A stretch of DNA of 64,000 nt from Penicillus capitatus (GCA_965649825.1 OZ287711.1:231201-295200); one strand, 5' to 3'; counted from the stretch's first letter, positions 1-12,839 are shown. Translations and numbers: made by a program. The notes: generated by a model not told the origin, from the sequence alone.

Positions 1-3000
1 GGCAGATGAGACGATTCCTGGGAATTATGTCGAAGGCTTCGACCAGCCGTCGGAATTTGATTTGGGGAACTCACCTTATGTTCTGAACGAAGCGGGAAAG
101 TGCCGCTACCTATGCCGCAAAACGCCAAGTGCGCCGCCCGCTGTGTGTGCCGATATCCAAGTCACGTGGATGATGATTAGAATGTGTCGCGTGGGTGTGG
201 CGAGCCAATCTTCATCAATGCTACCTGAAGAACGACTACGATCCCTATCGCAGCGCGATCGATCCTTGCGACGATTGCGTGGCGCACGCCACCAAAGGAA
301 ATTATTATTTGCTATGGACGCCGCGTGGGGATTCCAAATTTCAGCCTTACAGTCGTCTGATCGAGAAAGAGGCGGCGGCGGCTCGATGTGCTTATACAAC
401 AGGCATGGATCAGCCAGCGAAATACGATCTTCATGATACGCCCCTGACGAAAGATAGCGCATTCCTCTGCTGCAACGCCTGCTACGAAGAGCCATGTATG
501 GATGTCGTTGTTGTTAGGTCTTACCTAAGGGGCGTGCGTTTGTGCAGTGTGCAAATCGTGGGTCTGGCATTTCAAGTCGGGTGACTGTCGCCTGAAGAGC
601 GCGTATTTTGCCGATGATCCAAGGGAGCCGTGCGCGGATTGTGTCGCCTACGAATCCGCCGCCACTCAGTTTGCTTACATTCCGGTTCAAGAGCTGTCGA
701 AAGAAGAGAATTTGACAGAAGCGCAGCAGCCAGTGTTGGGAAGCGGCGAGAGCTGGGCAGTGTCGAACGGAACAGAACAGTGTCGTTTTGTTCAGGGACT
801 GGATCTGTCGGATCAATATGATCTGTTAGAGGGTCCAAGCGAATCTGCTTTTGGCTGCTGCGATATGTGTGACACGATAGAAGGTCATTGCCCGCCGCCT
901 TGGGCCGGAGGTATGAGGGGTGGTGTGTAGGGTGTGAGGCATGGGTGTGGTACAGGGAATCCAAGAGATGCCGTTTGACGTCTCGTGCAGATTTTGGATC
1001 TGAACCCATAGAATGCGCAGATTGCATTGCCTCCAGCCCAGCTGGAAGGTTTTTTCTATTTTCATCGCCTACGGTTAGAGAACGAGAGATCACGTCGCTG
1101 GGGGATGCCTGTCGATGTACGAAAGCGAATTATGTGCCAGATGCTTATCCAAAGCGTTTTCTGGTCGAAGTGTGCAGTCCATTGGATTGCTGCAATGCGT
1201 GTAGTTTAGCATGCGGTAGGTTTGGTTTATTTGTGGCTGTTGGTGATATGCTTCTGGATAGGTTGCAATGGTTGGGTATTTCGGAACTCAACAGGGGAAT
1301 GTTTTATTAAAATGCCTGATGTTGTAGTCAACAGTGAGAAACTCTGTGACGACTGTGTGCAGTATGATGCAAATGGAGAAGGACAGTGCAATTTTGACCC
1401 TCCTCGGCTAAAGGAGCCTAGAATACCAAGTCCCAGCCCCAGCCCTAGTCCCAGCCCCAGCCCTAGTCCCAGCCCCAGCCCCAGCCCCAGCCCTAGTCCC
1501 AGTTCGATTCCCAGTCCAAGCCCAAGCCAGACTGGTCCATCGAAACCAAATCTTCCCGTCGAGACGCCTTCTCCATCTCCCATTCCAGTCGAGACGCCTT
1601 CTCCATCTCCTATTCCAGTCGAGACGCCTTCTCCATCTCCCATTCCAGTCGAGACGCCTTCTCCATCTCCTATTCCAGTCGAGACCCCTTCTCCATCTCC
1701 GAGTCCCGTCGAGACGCCTTCTCCATCTCCTATTCCAGTCGAGACCCCTTCTCCATCTCCGAGTCCCGTCGAGACGCCTTCTCCATCTCCTATTCCAGTC
1801 GAGACCCCTTCTCCATCTCCGAGTCCCGTCGAGACGCCTTCTCCATCTCCCATTCCAGTCGAGACCCCTTCTCCATCTCCGAGTCCCGTCGAGACGCCTT
1901 CTCCATCTCCCATTCCAGTCGAGACGCCTTCTCCATCTCCCAGCCCGGTTTTGGAGAAGCTGAACTCTACGGGCACATTTCAGACAAAAGGCAAAGAAGC
2001 AGTAGCACCTTCCGGTGTATCAGGAGAATCTGGACCTTTGTCCAAACAGCTTGACAAGGATTCGGTATCGAAAACCGAAGAACCGCCTTCCACCAAACAT
2101 CCCAAAGAAGCCGAAACATCGCCAACGACAGAAACTGACGAACCAACAATATCATCACCGGATGAAAAAGCCTCCGAAGAACCACAACCCGCAAGCTTAC
2201 CAGAACTTCCTCTGCCTACAGAAGACAAACCAGAAAATGTCACAGACAAGTGCACAACCTGTCTTGCAGAAGCCTCCGGCAAAAATACATCGCTGTCATG
2301 CCAATGCGAATGCCTGGAGCATGGAGGCGGCGGCGGAGGTGGAGCAGGCGATGAACACGGCGCAGGAGGTGGCGGCGGTGCACAGAGTGCATGCTTTGGA
2401 GGCGGCGGCGGCGGTGGTGCAAGCGTTGGTAATGCTACGGGCTCTGGCGGGGGAGACAGTGAAGGAGGTGGCGGCGCGGGTATTGCTGCGGCACTAACGC
2501 CAGAAGAAGAAGCGACATCCGCCGGTGCTGGAGGAGGAGGCGGTGGATCGAGCGGTTTACCCAAACTCCCTCGAGATCTGTCCTTATCTTTACCTGTAGG
2601 TGGCGGCGGCGGCGGTTCCGTTGGAAATAAGACAGAAGGTGATGGCGTCGGCATCGGTATTGGCAGAAAGAAGACAGGAGGAGGCGGTGATGGCGGACAG
2701 TCAGCCAATGCAACAGGCATTGGTATGTTTATCTGTGTGTTGTGTCCTGTCTTAGTGATGTTGCGGTGAATAGGTGGCGGCGCCGGCGGTGGCGGCGGAG
2801 GTGGTCAGCGTACAGAAAAGGAGCCGTACAGTCCTCCTGCTGAGAGCAGTTTGCCTGCCGCTTCCGTTGAGATGGAAACGCCAAGTAGCATAGGCGGTGG
2901 TGATGAGACCAGTAAAGGCGTCAGCAAAGAGACAGTGGAGCCTAGCAGCGCCTCACGCGAGAGTGAAGAAACTGAGAGCCTAGAAGAAGTAGCGCCTGCA

Positions 3001-4730
3001 AGTGCCGAGGCCGAGGACAGATCGATCGGCGGAGGCGGCGGAGGCGGCGGTGCAGTTGGCACAGGAATGGGTTCTGGAGGAGGTGACAGGACCGGAGGCG
3101 GCGGTGAAGGCGGCGGTAACAGTACTGTAGGAAGTGGTGGCGGAGGAGGAGGTGGCGGTGCTTCTGGTGGAGGTGGTGGCGGGTCTTTCGGAGACGATGC
3201 TCACGGTGAAGGTATGAGATGTGTAGCGAGTGACGACGGGATCGATGATGTGCTGTGTGGATGGCAGGTGGTGGTGGCGACGGCGTCGATGGTGGTGGCG
3301 GTAGCAGTAAGACGAAAAAGGGTTCCAAAAGTGGATCCGGTGGCGGAGGAGGTGGAGGCCAAAGTAGAGAAGGCGACATTTCAAAAGGAGGCGGCGGCGG
3401 CGGAGGTGGCGGTGGTCCTGCCGGCGGCGGCACTGCTGGAGGCAACGTCACGGGCGGTGGTGGCCTCGGAGGTGGACCCGGAGGCGCTGGCGGCGGCGGC
3501 GGATCATCTGGTGGAGGTGGCGGCGGAAGCGGGGATGAAGCTACAGGGAGCGGTGCTTCTACGATTCAAAGAAAGAAGCAGAATGCGTGATGTCGTTTCT
3601 GTCTGCGTAGGGGAAGGACACGGAACACTTGCCGGAGGAGAAGGCATCGGCATCTGTTTTGGCCAAGGAGGCGCCGGTGGAGGCGGTGGAGGCAGCGGGG
3701 ATGTCGATTGCGATGATGAAGGAGAAGGTGGCGGTGGAGGCGGTGGCGGTGGTGGTACAGAAGGATCCGGTGAAGGGTACGGTACCATCGAAGGAGGTGG
3801 CGGATCTGGAGAAGCCGATGGCGGCGGCGGAGGTGGCGGCGGCGATGTCGGAGGCGGTGGTGGCGGATCCGGAGGCGAAGCTACGGGGCGCGGTTCAGGT
3901 GGACTGAAAGAACCATGTAAAGACTGCGAGGCCGGTGGAGAAGGAGGTGGCACCACGACGCGAGGCGGAGGCTATGGCGGCGGATCCGGAGGAGAAGGAT
4001 ACGGAGTCAGTAAAGGAAAAGAAGGTACCTACCACGCTCCGCATACACAGAGACGCATCACACCGCGGGATGGATGTCTAGGCGGCGCCGGCGGTGGCGG
4101 CGGATCCAAGGGAGGTGGTGGCGGTGGCGGAAAAGGTAGTGGCCACGGCTCCGGTGAAAAGGGCGGTGGCGGCGGCGGCAAAGGCGGCGGAGGTGGCGGT
4201 GGTGGTGGCGTTGGAAAAGACACAGAGCGTCTGAGCACCGCAGGTATGGCATCCATCCGTCCTTGCTGTTATGAGAGAGGTTGTCGTCAGGTGACAAACA
4301 TCGCGGCGGTGGTCAATGGGGCGGAAGCGCGATTCAGGAGAAGGCGTCGAAAGGCGACGCACTGTCCGAAGAGACCATCGAACACGAAGGCATCGGCTAC
4401 GTCGATGACCTTATGGAAGGATTCGGAATGATCGTGGACCCTCCCGAGCACCGTCCAACCACGACCGATTACGACAGCACAAGCCAGACAAGACCAAGAC
4501 GTGTCAGAGCCTCCATCCCCAAGCAACCCGACAGCAAGACGCCGACCGAGACGCCACACGTTACTGTTCCGATATCGTTTCCACGCGCAGCCTCCTCCTC
4601 TCAAGAAGGCTATACCGGAAAATCACGCGATGCCTATATGGAAACGTACGTCAAGAAAGACAAGAAGAAATCGACGACGGGACACTCCGACAGCGGCGCA
4701 AATGATCATCTGGATCGCCCACAGACGTAA
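1..4730 (+). CDS. Multi-exon secreted cell-wall/surface glycoprotein (5'-partial): at least 4 PAN/apple-like Cys modules, Ser-Pro (HRGP/extensin-like) stalk, long Gly-rich region
   Basis: The ORF pieces join through phase-1 GT-AG introns at 129-180, 496-547, 884-930 and 1216-1261, then further introns near 2720-2775, 3210-3265, 3550-3610, 4025-4080 and 4245-4290. Each module has a C(C)xxC...CxxWVW/F....C.L(K) pattern. SP and VETPSPSP repeats and poly-Gly tracts follow. The frame is open from base 2; the stop at 4730 is tentative. Confidence 0.75.
1426..1503 (+). repeat. Hexamer (CCC/CCT-AGC/AGT) repeat encoding poly(Ser-Pro)
   Basis: About 13 SP dipeptide units read directly from the sequence. 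Confidence 0.9.
1558..1947 (+). repeat. Coding minisatellite, 13 x 30 bp (VETPSPSP[I/S]P)
   Basis: The unit GTCGAGAC(G/C)CCTTCTCCATCTCC... recurs every 30 nt from 1558 to 1918; IP and SP variants alternate from unit 4 onward. Confidence 0.95.
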
Positions 4731-5212
4731 GACAGAACACACAGAGATAAGGAGAAGAGCGCACGCATCTCTTCTACCAAGCTGTCGTGGCAGCAACGAT
4801 CGCGTCACGCCACGAACGTGTCATTTTTTTGGAGATCCCTTCCCTTACTCTTTTCCTTTACCAACACGAATGCCACATAGTATTCTTTTTTCTTACAGAT
4901 TACGCACTTGATCGCTATTGCATGTTTTTCGCACACGACCAAGCTGTCCATACGGGCATAAAAACGTCATTCTTTCGTTCATGCAACATTCAAGTGTAGA
5001 ACGCCAGTCGTTCGAATTTACGAGGCAATCAATTTTGGATTGAGGCATTAAAAAGGTGGACAACACCAATCATAGAAATTTGTTTTTTGTCGGAAAACGC
5101 TCTCCGTCGTTCTTTGATATCCTCCTCGGTTAAACAAACCTCCTCTTGAACTTCAATCCAAGCACCCCGCGCGCAGATCTTCATTTCACCCGTGCGTCGT
5201 CTTCAACAAGAC

Positions 5213-5566
5213 GATGAACGACGGTTGGCGCCGCCGCCGCCGCCGACTTTGACGACTGTCGGATCATAGAGCAGCTTGGCCAAGGCCAGAATTGACGCCG
5301 TGATGCACCACGTGCAACAGCAAACAGATGTACTCGGCCCCACGAGCCGCCAGCAACTCCACACATCCACGTTTCATCCACGCCGGTGTCTTGAAGCACA
5401 GCTGGACGAGCACCGTCTGAGAATCGTCGCCCGTCGCCTGGCAATTCGGTTTCCATTCCGTGTCCATACGAAACTGCAGAATTCTGGCCTTGCGCAACGT
5501 CTCGCAGAAAAACTGAACATCGGTATAGTGACGAGTATAGATCACGTCACCGAGAAAGACACGCAA
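5213..5566 (-). pseudogene. Truncated, frameshifted WRN/WEX-like DEDDy 3'-5' exonuclease fragment
   Basis: Frame 1 gives GDVIYT...MDTEWKP...VLVQLC...CLLLHVVHHG. After a shift near 5283 it continues LAKLLYDPTVVKVG, matching WRN-exonuclease motifs, then reads poly-Gly and stops. Exo II and Exo III are absent. Confidence 0.6.
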
Positions 5567-5908
5567 CGGCGCTGTCGTTAGCCAACGGCCGGCATCGCGT
5601 CGATGGCGACGTCAACGCCATACACAACGTTCGTCGCGTTGACGACTCTGACCGTTCGAACGCTATGCGGCAACGACTGGAGAAGCGACAGGCGCCGCCA
5701 GACTAACGACGCCTCTCTACTCTTCGCCGCAACCCCTCGTCAACACTGCAGCCGGTCACAGTTAACGACCGTTTTGCGCGTTATCTCCCCGTGCCTTGAC
5801 CAAAATGAAGACCCCCGAGAGGAGTAGACGTTTACAAAGGGAGACGCTGCTGGTGCAGATCGAATAACGTTTTCATCTTATCATACGTTTCTCGGATCGC
5901 GCTACAGT

Positions 5909-6670
5909 CTACAGTTGATAAGGCCCCGGCGGCGGCGATGTGGCGCTACGATGTCCGGCCACGGCAGTACGCTCCATGATCTCCATCGCCTGCACCATCC
6001 CTTTGTACTTACGGAAAAAGTAGAGCGTCACCATTCCGTGCACCACAATCAACGCGCCGCATCCCAGCACCGTCGAATCTCGAGACCTAAAAGGCGTGTG
6101 GCTGGCGGCGATGCGGTAGGGCGATGGATGGGTTACCCAAAAACGACGCTGAGGAATCCGCAAATAAAATCGGCGATGAAAGTGCCGACCATAAACGCAA
6201 GGAGCGTAAAGATCCGATCCGATGTCTTGAACCATGGGCTAAAGTACATGGCGCTGGTGATGACGGTGAGGACGACGCCGACGGCGAGGGCGAGGTAGAG
6301 TCCTCGGAGATAGAGGACGTAGAACGCTGTAAAAACGCCAGTCAAAAGCAGCCAAGCAATCCATGCCCATTTATTCTCGCGCCACTCTTTCACCAGCTGT
6401 TCCGCCTCGGCAAAGGTCATGCGGTCGGGGTCCGTCGTCGAGCGTGGCGGCGGTTGGTTGAGGAGCTCCAGAGCGACGGCGTTGGCCGTCGGTTTGCCCG
6501 TCACGACACTTCCTGCCGCGACTTGGCCGAAGGTGTAATACTGACCGCCATCTGCGCAACGCTGTCGACAGGGCGCCGCCACTGGCAAGACGACGATAAC
6601 CTGAAGGCTCGTGGGCATGTGCGGCTAAGTGGACGTTTTCCATCGGCGTTTCTTCGTGAGGCGTTTGCAT
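5909..6670 (-). CDS. Small multi-pass membrane protein of unknown function (3 exons)
   Basis: ATG at 6670, a 49-nt intron, ORF 6133-6618 with hydrophobic helices (WAWIAWLLLTGVFTAFYVLYL, LYLALAVGVVLTVITSAMYF, IFTLLAFMVGTFIADFICGFL), then a GT-AG intron into the 5909-6235 frame. Confidence 0.65.
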
Positions 6671-6775
6671 AGGACCAATGCAGTGCTGTTGTTGGTTATT
6701 AGGCAGAAAGGGGGTTTTGGTGACGCGTGGTTGATGTGACGTCGAAGGTGCCGCGGTGCTGACCACTCTGGCAGC

Positions 6776-7875
6776 TTACACGGAGACGTCAGCATCTTTG
6801 CGTATTTCGTCCAGTTCGTACGGGGCGAAGTAGCCGCCGAGGCCGAAGGAACGGCGATCGGTTGCCTTGAAAAAAGAGCAGAGCTGCGCGATGTATCTGC
6901 CCAACAGGCGACATCGAAAAGCGACGGTGGTGAAGGAAGGCTCTCTACTTGAGCAGTGGCTCGCGTCCTTCCTTCAGTCGGGCGCTCGTGGCGAAAAACG
7001 GCGGCAACGTGTTCCACGTTTCCGACAGCATCTCTCTGAAGTGTTCGATATTCTCCTTGGCACTCGGTACGCCTTTCTTGTGCTTGTCGGTCTTGGTAAA
7101 GACTAAGGTAAACGGCACTTGTGCCTCGCCGAACCAATTGGCACAGTGAATGTCGATCGGCAGCGGTGGGATGCTGGCATCGACAAGGAGCAGGACATTT
7201 GCCAGCGTCCCGCGTCGAGCAAAGTAATCCCGCGTAAAGGCATTCCACTCCACACGCGTCGATTCCTGTACCTTCGAGTAACTGACCCACACAACCATCG
7301 TCGCACCGCGCCGCCGCCGCGCCGCCATACGTTATCCGATGCTTACCCGTAGCCAGGGAGATCGACGAGATACCATTTATTGTTGATGAGAAAATGGTTG
7401 ATGCACTTCGTCTTGCCTAGACAGACATCGACAGAGGCGAATGGCGGCGGCGGCGGCGGATACCTGGGGTCTTAGATATGAGGGCGAGATTATGCTGCCC
7501 CGTGAGGAGATTGATCAACGAGGACTTGCCGACGTTCGATCGACCGACGACAGCGAACTCCGGATAAGTCTCTTTGGGACAGGCATCCACCGCGACACTG
7601 CTCTTGATGAACTCAGCGCTACGTATCTTCATCCCTCCCACTTGCGGCAGCTTCTTGAGCAGAGCACTCTCACCAATACGACCCGACACCACACTCTGCA
7701 CGGCGTGACGCGTCTCGGTCTACACGTCGCGCCGCACTTTGCTCGATTTCTTCGTCTTCTCTTTCGGCAGACGCTTCGCCACGTCGTGATAGATCACGAT
7801 CGCCATCTGTCGTCCATGACGCGTCAGATACTGCCGTCTGGCGAAGAGACGCTCGTGCTGGAGTCGATGCAGCAT
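6776..7875 (-). CDS. engB: EngB/YsxC ribosome-biogenesis GTPase, probably organelle-targeted (5 exons)
   Basis: [18 protein letters not shown] (G1), SKTPG|KT (G2), LVDLPGYG|Y (G3), VFTKTDK (G4) and FATSA (G5), joined by short introns. The start at 7875 ([14 protein letters not shown], targeting-peptide-like) is inferred. Confidence 0.9.
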
Positions 7876-7911
7876 GACGCAAATATCGTACGGCAGACTG
7901 TCAGCAAGAGT

Positions 7912-10165
7912 ATGTCGCATACCGACGCGTCGCAGCTGGCGAACGAAGCGCGGGATTTCGCCCTGGAAGAGGTGTGCCGTTTGCTGCAGCATCCGGAAGA
8001 CCTGAACCGACTGGCGGCGCTGAGAGCCGAGTACGAGAAAGGACGCAGTGCGAATAAGCTGCAACTCGCTGCGCTTGTGCAATCTCGTGTCGAAGCGGTC
8101 GAGTCATCGCGGGAGCTCCTTGACCGTTCGCAGAAAGCGGTGTCCAAACTCAAGGCGTGCTTTGAACAGATCGATCGATTGTGTGAGGAATGTGCCTCGC
8201 TGGTGGAGAACCACGAAAAGATACAGGAGCTGGCAGTGGCCCACCACAACGTCGCCAAGACGCTGTGCGAGATCGATGACATCATTGATCTGCCGTCCAA
8301 CGCCGGATACGCCGAAGAGATGCTCACAGACGATGCGCTGCTGCTCGAGGCGTTCAAAGCGCTGTCGAGTCTGGAAGGCACGAGCGCGTTGGTCCAGGAA
8401 GCGATGAAGAGAAACGACCGGCGCTCGGCGGAGCAGGAAAAACTCAAAGACTATTTTGACAAGGTCCGTCCGTCCGGCATCCACGTCTGACGCGAATACG
8501 TGTGCGATGTAGGTCGGCCTGTCGGCCAAGAAATTCGAAGAGAGGCTGCTGGAGCACTTTCGTAATTTTTCTGAGCTGAGTCGAACGAATCCCGGTCTGC
8601 TGGTCGCCTGCAATCAGATCGTGGAGATGCAGGAGTGGATGGACGCGCAGTTAGCCGCCGAGCAACGCAAAGAGTTTCGGCGCAAGGCTTTCGACGCTAT
8701 GGAGCAGTCCATCGACGACCGTTTTCTTCCGGTGTTTGATCAGTGGACCTCTCCGGAGGACGAGGATGAAAAAGTGGCGGCGGTATTGGAAGAGGCGCTC
8801 AATCTCGCCCAGCAATTGGTCGATATCTACGATCTCGTCGGTCCTTGCTTTCCCGCACAGGATGACGTCTTTAACCGTCTCTGGCGTACTTACCATCGCA
8901 ACTTCGGCCGTTTGGTTGACGTCTTTGGCGCCGATGCCGCAACGATGGACAACAAAGGTATCCTCGATGTCGTCCGCTGGGTCGAGCGCTACACCGATAC
9001 GCTTCGTGGACTGGGCATCGACGAGGAAGACGTCAAGCTGAAGAGCGACGCCCAAGAGGACGGCGGCATCGCGGCATTGATGGCTGTGTACATCGACCGC
9101 GACAAGAAGAGCACAACGAACTGGTATCTCAACATCCTCGACTCCGACATCGCCTCCGAGCCCAAGACCGACAAAGAGGGCAAGCTCTGGACGCCAGGAT
9201 TCGTCGATTTCTTCCGTATTCTTAACGACGCCTTCGCCGCCATTGAGCGAGAGACGCACGGGGCGATGCTCTTCCGTTCGGCCGAGAGCGCTATGCAGAT
9301 GATGGCGGAATTCGTCGAAGCTCAGATGGCCGTTCTCCAACGCGACGTCCCGATGCACATCCTCTGTGCCTTCTGCAACAACAACGTGCGCTCCTACGAT
9401 CTCGCCATCGAATACGTCGAGCACTTTGACGACGTCGTCGAGGAGGAATACGCGTCGAAGCTCGAGGCCGAAGACGTCTACCGTGGATTTCTCGAAGTGG
9501 CCAAGACGGCAATGAAGAAGCTCATTGACGGCGTGTTTAGCGACGCCGGTATGGTCGGCTTGCTGAAGAAGCTCTATCAGAGCGAGTGGCAATCGGGTGA
9601 GACGACGTCCAGCCTCATCGCCACGTTGCAGGACTATCTGGAAGAGTTCAGTGCCATCCTCGACGATTCTCTCTGCAAACGCGTCGTCGAGGCGGCGCTG
9701 GGCAAAACGATCAGCAGCTATACCACTGCCCTGGTCACACGGATGCCCAATATCACGGAAGCCGTCATCGAGCAGATGCAGCGCGACGAGGCGCAGCTAT
9801 CGGCGTTCTTTACCCAGCTTATGTCCGCGGAGAAAGTGGCGCCGCATATTCAGATCCTGTCCAATATGCGTCAGCTTGCCTGTGCCGATAGTGTCGATGC
9901 CTTCGTCTTTGCCTACCTGTCGATCCTGGACGTCAGTCCGGAGACCGCGCCGTCTCTCGTGGAGAAGGTCTGCAGTGCGCGTCCGGATATTACCCGCATC
10001 GACGCTAATGAGATCAACGAGCAGTGTCGAGAATTATTTCATCAAAAGCAATCCAAGAGACAACAACAGACGCAGAGCGAAAACAACGCCGTTACCAGCG
10101 AATCTTCAGCGTCGTATCTCAGCGAAGTGCGCACGAATTTGTGGAACAAGTTTATGGGATTGTGA
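7912..10165 (+). CDS. SEC6: Exocyst complex component Sec6 (EXOC3)
   Basis: The N-terminus EARDFALEEVCRLLQHPEDL...AEYEK...QLAALV parallels plant SEC6, followed by KLWTPGFVDFFRILN and LCAFCNNNVRSYDL. An intron at 8464-8512 (49 nt) joins ORF 7441 to ORF 8621 in frame. Confidence 0.9.
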
Positions 10166-10170
10166 CGACG

Positions 10171-12839
10171 ATGGCCGATGAGATTCACGGAGGTCTCGCC
10201 TTCTTTACCTGCCACGGCGCCCACGGGGACCCCCGCGTTGAGCTGCGATTCGACGCGACGGCGTCAGCGGGCGATGCAGCGTTGACTGACGGCTGTTTAT
10301 CGAGTTTCTGTTTTCCGGTCGTCGACGAGATGCGACAGACGCGGAGCTACGCAACGGATGCCGAGCATTACTGTTTTGTGGTGACCAATGCCCGAGGCGA
10401 ACGTACGCACGGATTCTGTCGTCGCATCTACTGGAGTGCCACACCAATGAAGCCCAAATTTCCGATCGTCCTCTGCCTGCTCTCCAATGACCTATGGAGC
10501 ATCTTCTATTACAAAGTACAGTCCTGTCGTGATGTGACTGGCGGCGCATGAGGCTGCTGTGTAGCTTCTGGAGGTGCTGGAATACTGTCTGCGGGCGGAG
10601 AAGATCCTGAAGATCCCAGCTTCGCCTGAGCTTCCGTTGTCGTCCATCGCCGTCCAGGTCCTGCGCGAGGTCAATACCTGCATCCAGCAGCACAGCGCAC
10701 CGGGCGCACGGTTTACCGTTACGCTGCCGTCGATCATCGGCCATCACAAGATCCAACCAGCCCAGACCATTCACACACTGCACGGACACGTTGATAAACT
10801 TCAAAGGTGTGATGCGCACGCTTCTCACTCTTTTTGTGATATCTCTGCTGTGCAGCACGGACGGTTTGCTCGAATTTCAGGTGCCGCCACTGACGGGTGG
10901 ATCGCCGGAGATGGCAGGCGTCGGATTGGCACGTCTGTTGTGGCGTATTCCGGTGGAATGTCTTCTCACTCTTATCGCCTCACTCCTTTTCGAACGGCGG
11001 ATCATCATGATCTCGACATCCAAGCACACGCTCTCAGCCGCCGTCCATGCCGCATCCGCACTTATCTATCCATTCGAATGGGTCTCGACCTCTTACCTCC
11101 CCCTCATGCCAGAGAAGCTCAGGGACTATCTCCAAGCGCCGTTTCCCTTTTTGGTCGGGCTTCCTGCGCAGATCTCCAATTTTGCAGGACTGGAGATGGA
11201 CGATGTGACGATTGTGGATTTGGATCGAGGGACGTGCGTGCCGGAGCCTGGGTCGCCAGACGACGATGCCTACCATCTGCCACGACGACAGCAGCTACAG
11301 AACGATCTCCACGAAGCTGTCAAAGCCTTAAGGTCGCCAGCAGAGTTCGAAGGAAATGAACGGATCGCTCAGATTATGACGACCTACATCATCCGTCTCT
11401 TCAAACACTATCGAGATTTTATTCGACCGCAAACGATGACAGAGATCGCGTCGATGAAGGACAGAGGGTGCTTTTGCCGGGGCAGGGCGAAAGGGGCGGC
11501 GGCGGCCGCCGCCACCGCCATGACGATGTCGGACGACGAGAACACCGTCGATGCGAGCGGCATCATCGGACATAACTATTACTTCGATCACACCAAATTC
11601 GTTGCCTCACACAAGTCATCTCACACATTGTTTGCAATGCTCGAAGTGTGAGAATGATGTGACAGGTCGAAAGGCGACAGGAATTTCTTGGAGATGCTGC
11701 GACAGAGCCAAATGTATGAGGTGTTTATTCGGCAGCGATTGGAGATGGCGTCGCTGGGCGAGTATCCCAAAGATGATCCGTTCGAGAATCAGATCAATTT
11801 GATCAACGAGCATACGGCGAAGCTTAAACCGGGTCAACGACCCTATCGTATGTGGTCACGCCTCTCAAGGGCGCATCTCTCACGAAAATTCGGGTCCATA
11901 TCCGAAGCGCCCTACCGTCGAGCGCAGACTCTAGTTAAGCTTCCAGAACACGAGACAGATGTGCGTCACGCATGATGTGACGTCCTGTGGCGAGATGTGC
12001 TGTGTACAGGAGACGATGCTAGTGCCGAAGGAAGAGGTGACGAAGAGGGGCCGTCCTCGACTGCGTCCCCGTGGGTTGTCCGGCAAGACAATTCGCACGA
12101 TCGTTCTCGACATGGCCAAAGGTCACATCATTCCGACGGTTGTCGAGATGATAATTTCTCACTCTTTTGTATGATGTATGCAGAATCACAGAAGCAATTG
12201 GGCAAAATGGAACCGGGGAATTTTTTGCGACGCAGCCGGGCGTCGTTCGTCGAACACGGACTCGATTCGCCGCCGTCAGAGGAAGAAGCGGCTCTCTCGG
12301 TGATCATGAGCGAAAAGAGTGACGTCACACTTATGGACGAAGCAGAGACGTCAGCTAACCATCCTGAACCGTCATCGGCCGCCGCCGCACCCGAGGCGCA
12401 GATCGCCGCTCCTGACGGACCCGATCTGCTGTCCCTGTCACCAGAAGATGATCTTAATGATCCTCTCGATCTGATGGATCTCTTCGATCCAGCGTTCGAT
12501 CCTGAGGCCGACGACGACTACGTGGCGCCGTTGGAAGAGCAGCCGATAGACTATGTCTCCTCCTCGTCTGCCATTCGGCCAAGCCATGGGCTTTTCACTT
12601 CAGCCGTCGGTCCCGAGAGATCCTTTCGTCTGGATGCCTCGGCCTTTTCCCAACTCGGACGTCGTTCTCCGCCGCTGTCCAAAGAGGACAAAGCGGCCGC
12701 CTTTGCCAATTCCAATCTCAAACAGTTAGAGAGCACGTCGTCGTTGAAGTTGGGTGTCGTGCCGAAGCCTCGAACGCAGACGTCGACCTCGCAGATGTTC
12801 GGCCGTTGCGACGCTTTCTCACTCAATCGCGAAAAATAA
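10171..12839 (+). CDS. DENN-domain protein (putative Rab GEF), multi-exon
   Basis: uDENN region FCFP...YCFVVTNARGERTHGFCRR; core DENN LLFERRIIMIS...LIYPFEW...YLPLMP..L.DYLQAPFPFLVG...VDLD; dDENN FLEMLRQSQMYEVFI; low-complexity C-terminal tail. Confidence 0.88.

Noticed and set aside
1227-4362. Long minus-strand Pro-rich and Gly-Leu ORFs
   Set aside because: Antisense shadows of the Gly-rich and Ser-Pro coding repeats.
7441-7911. Long N-terminal extension of Sec6 (ORF from 7441)
   Set aside because: It overlaps EngB exons on the opposite strand, and Sec6 homology begins at about 7912.
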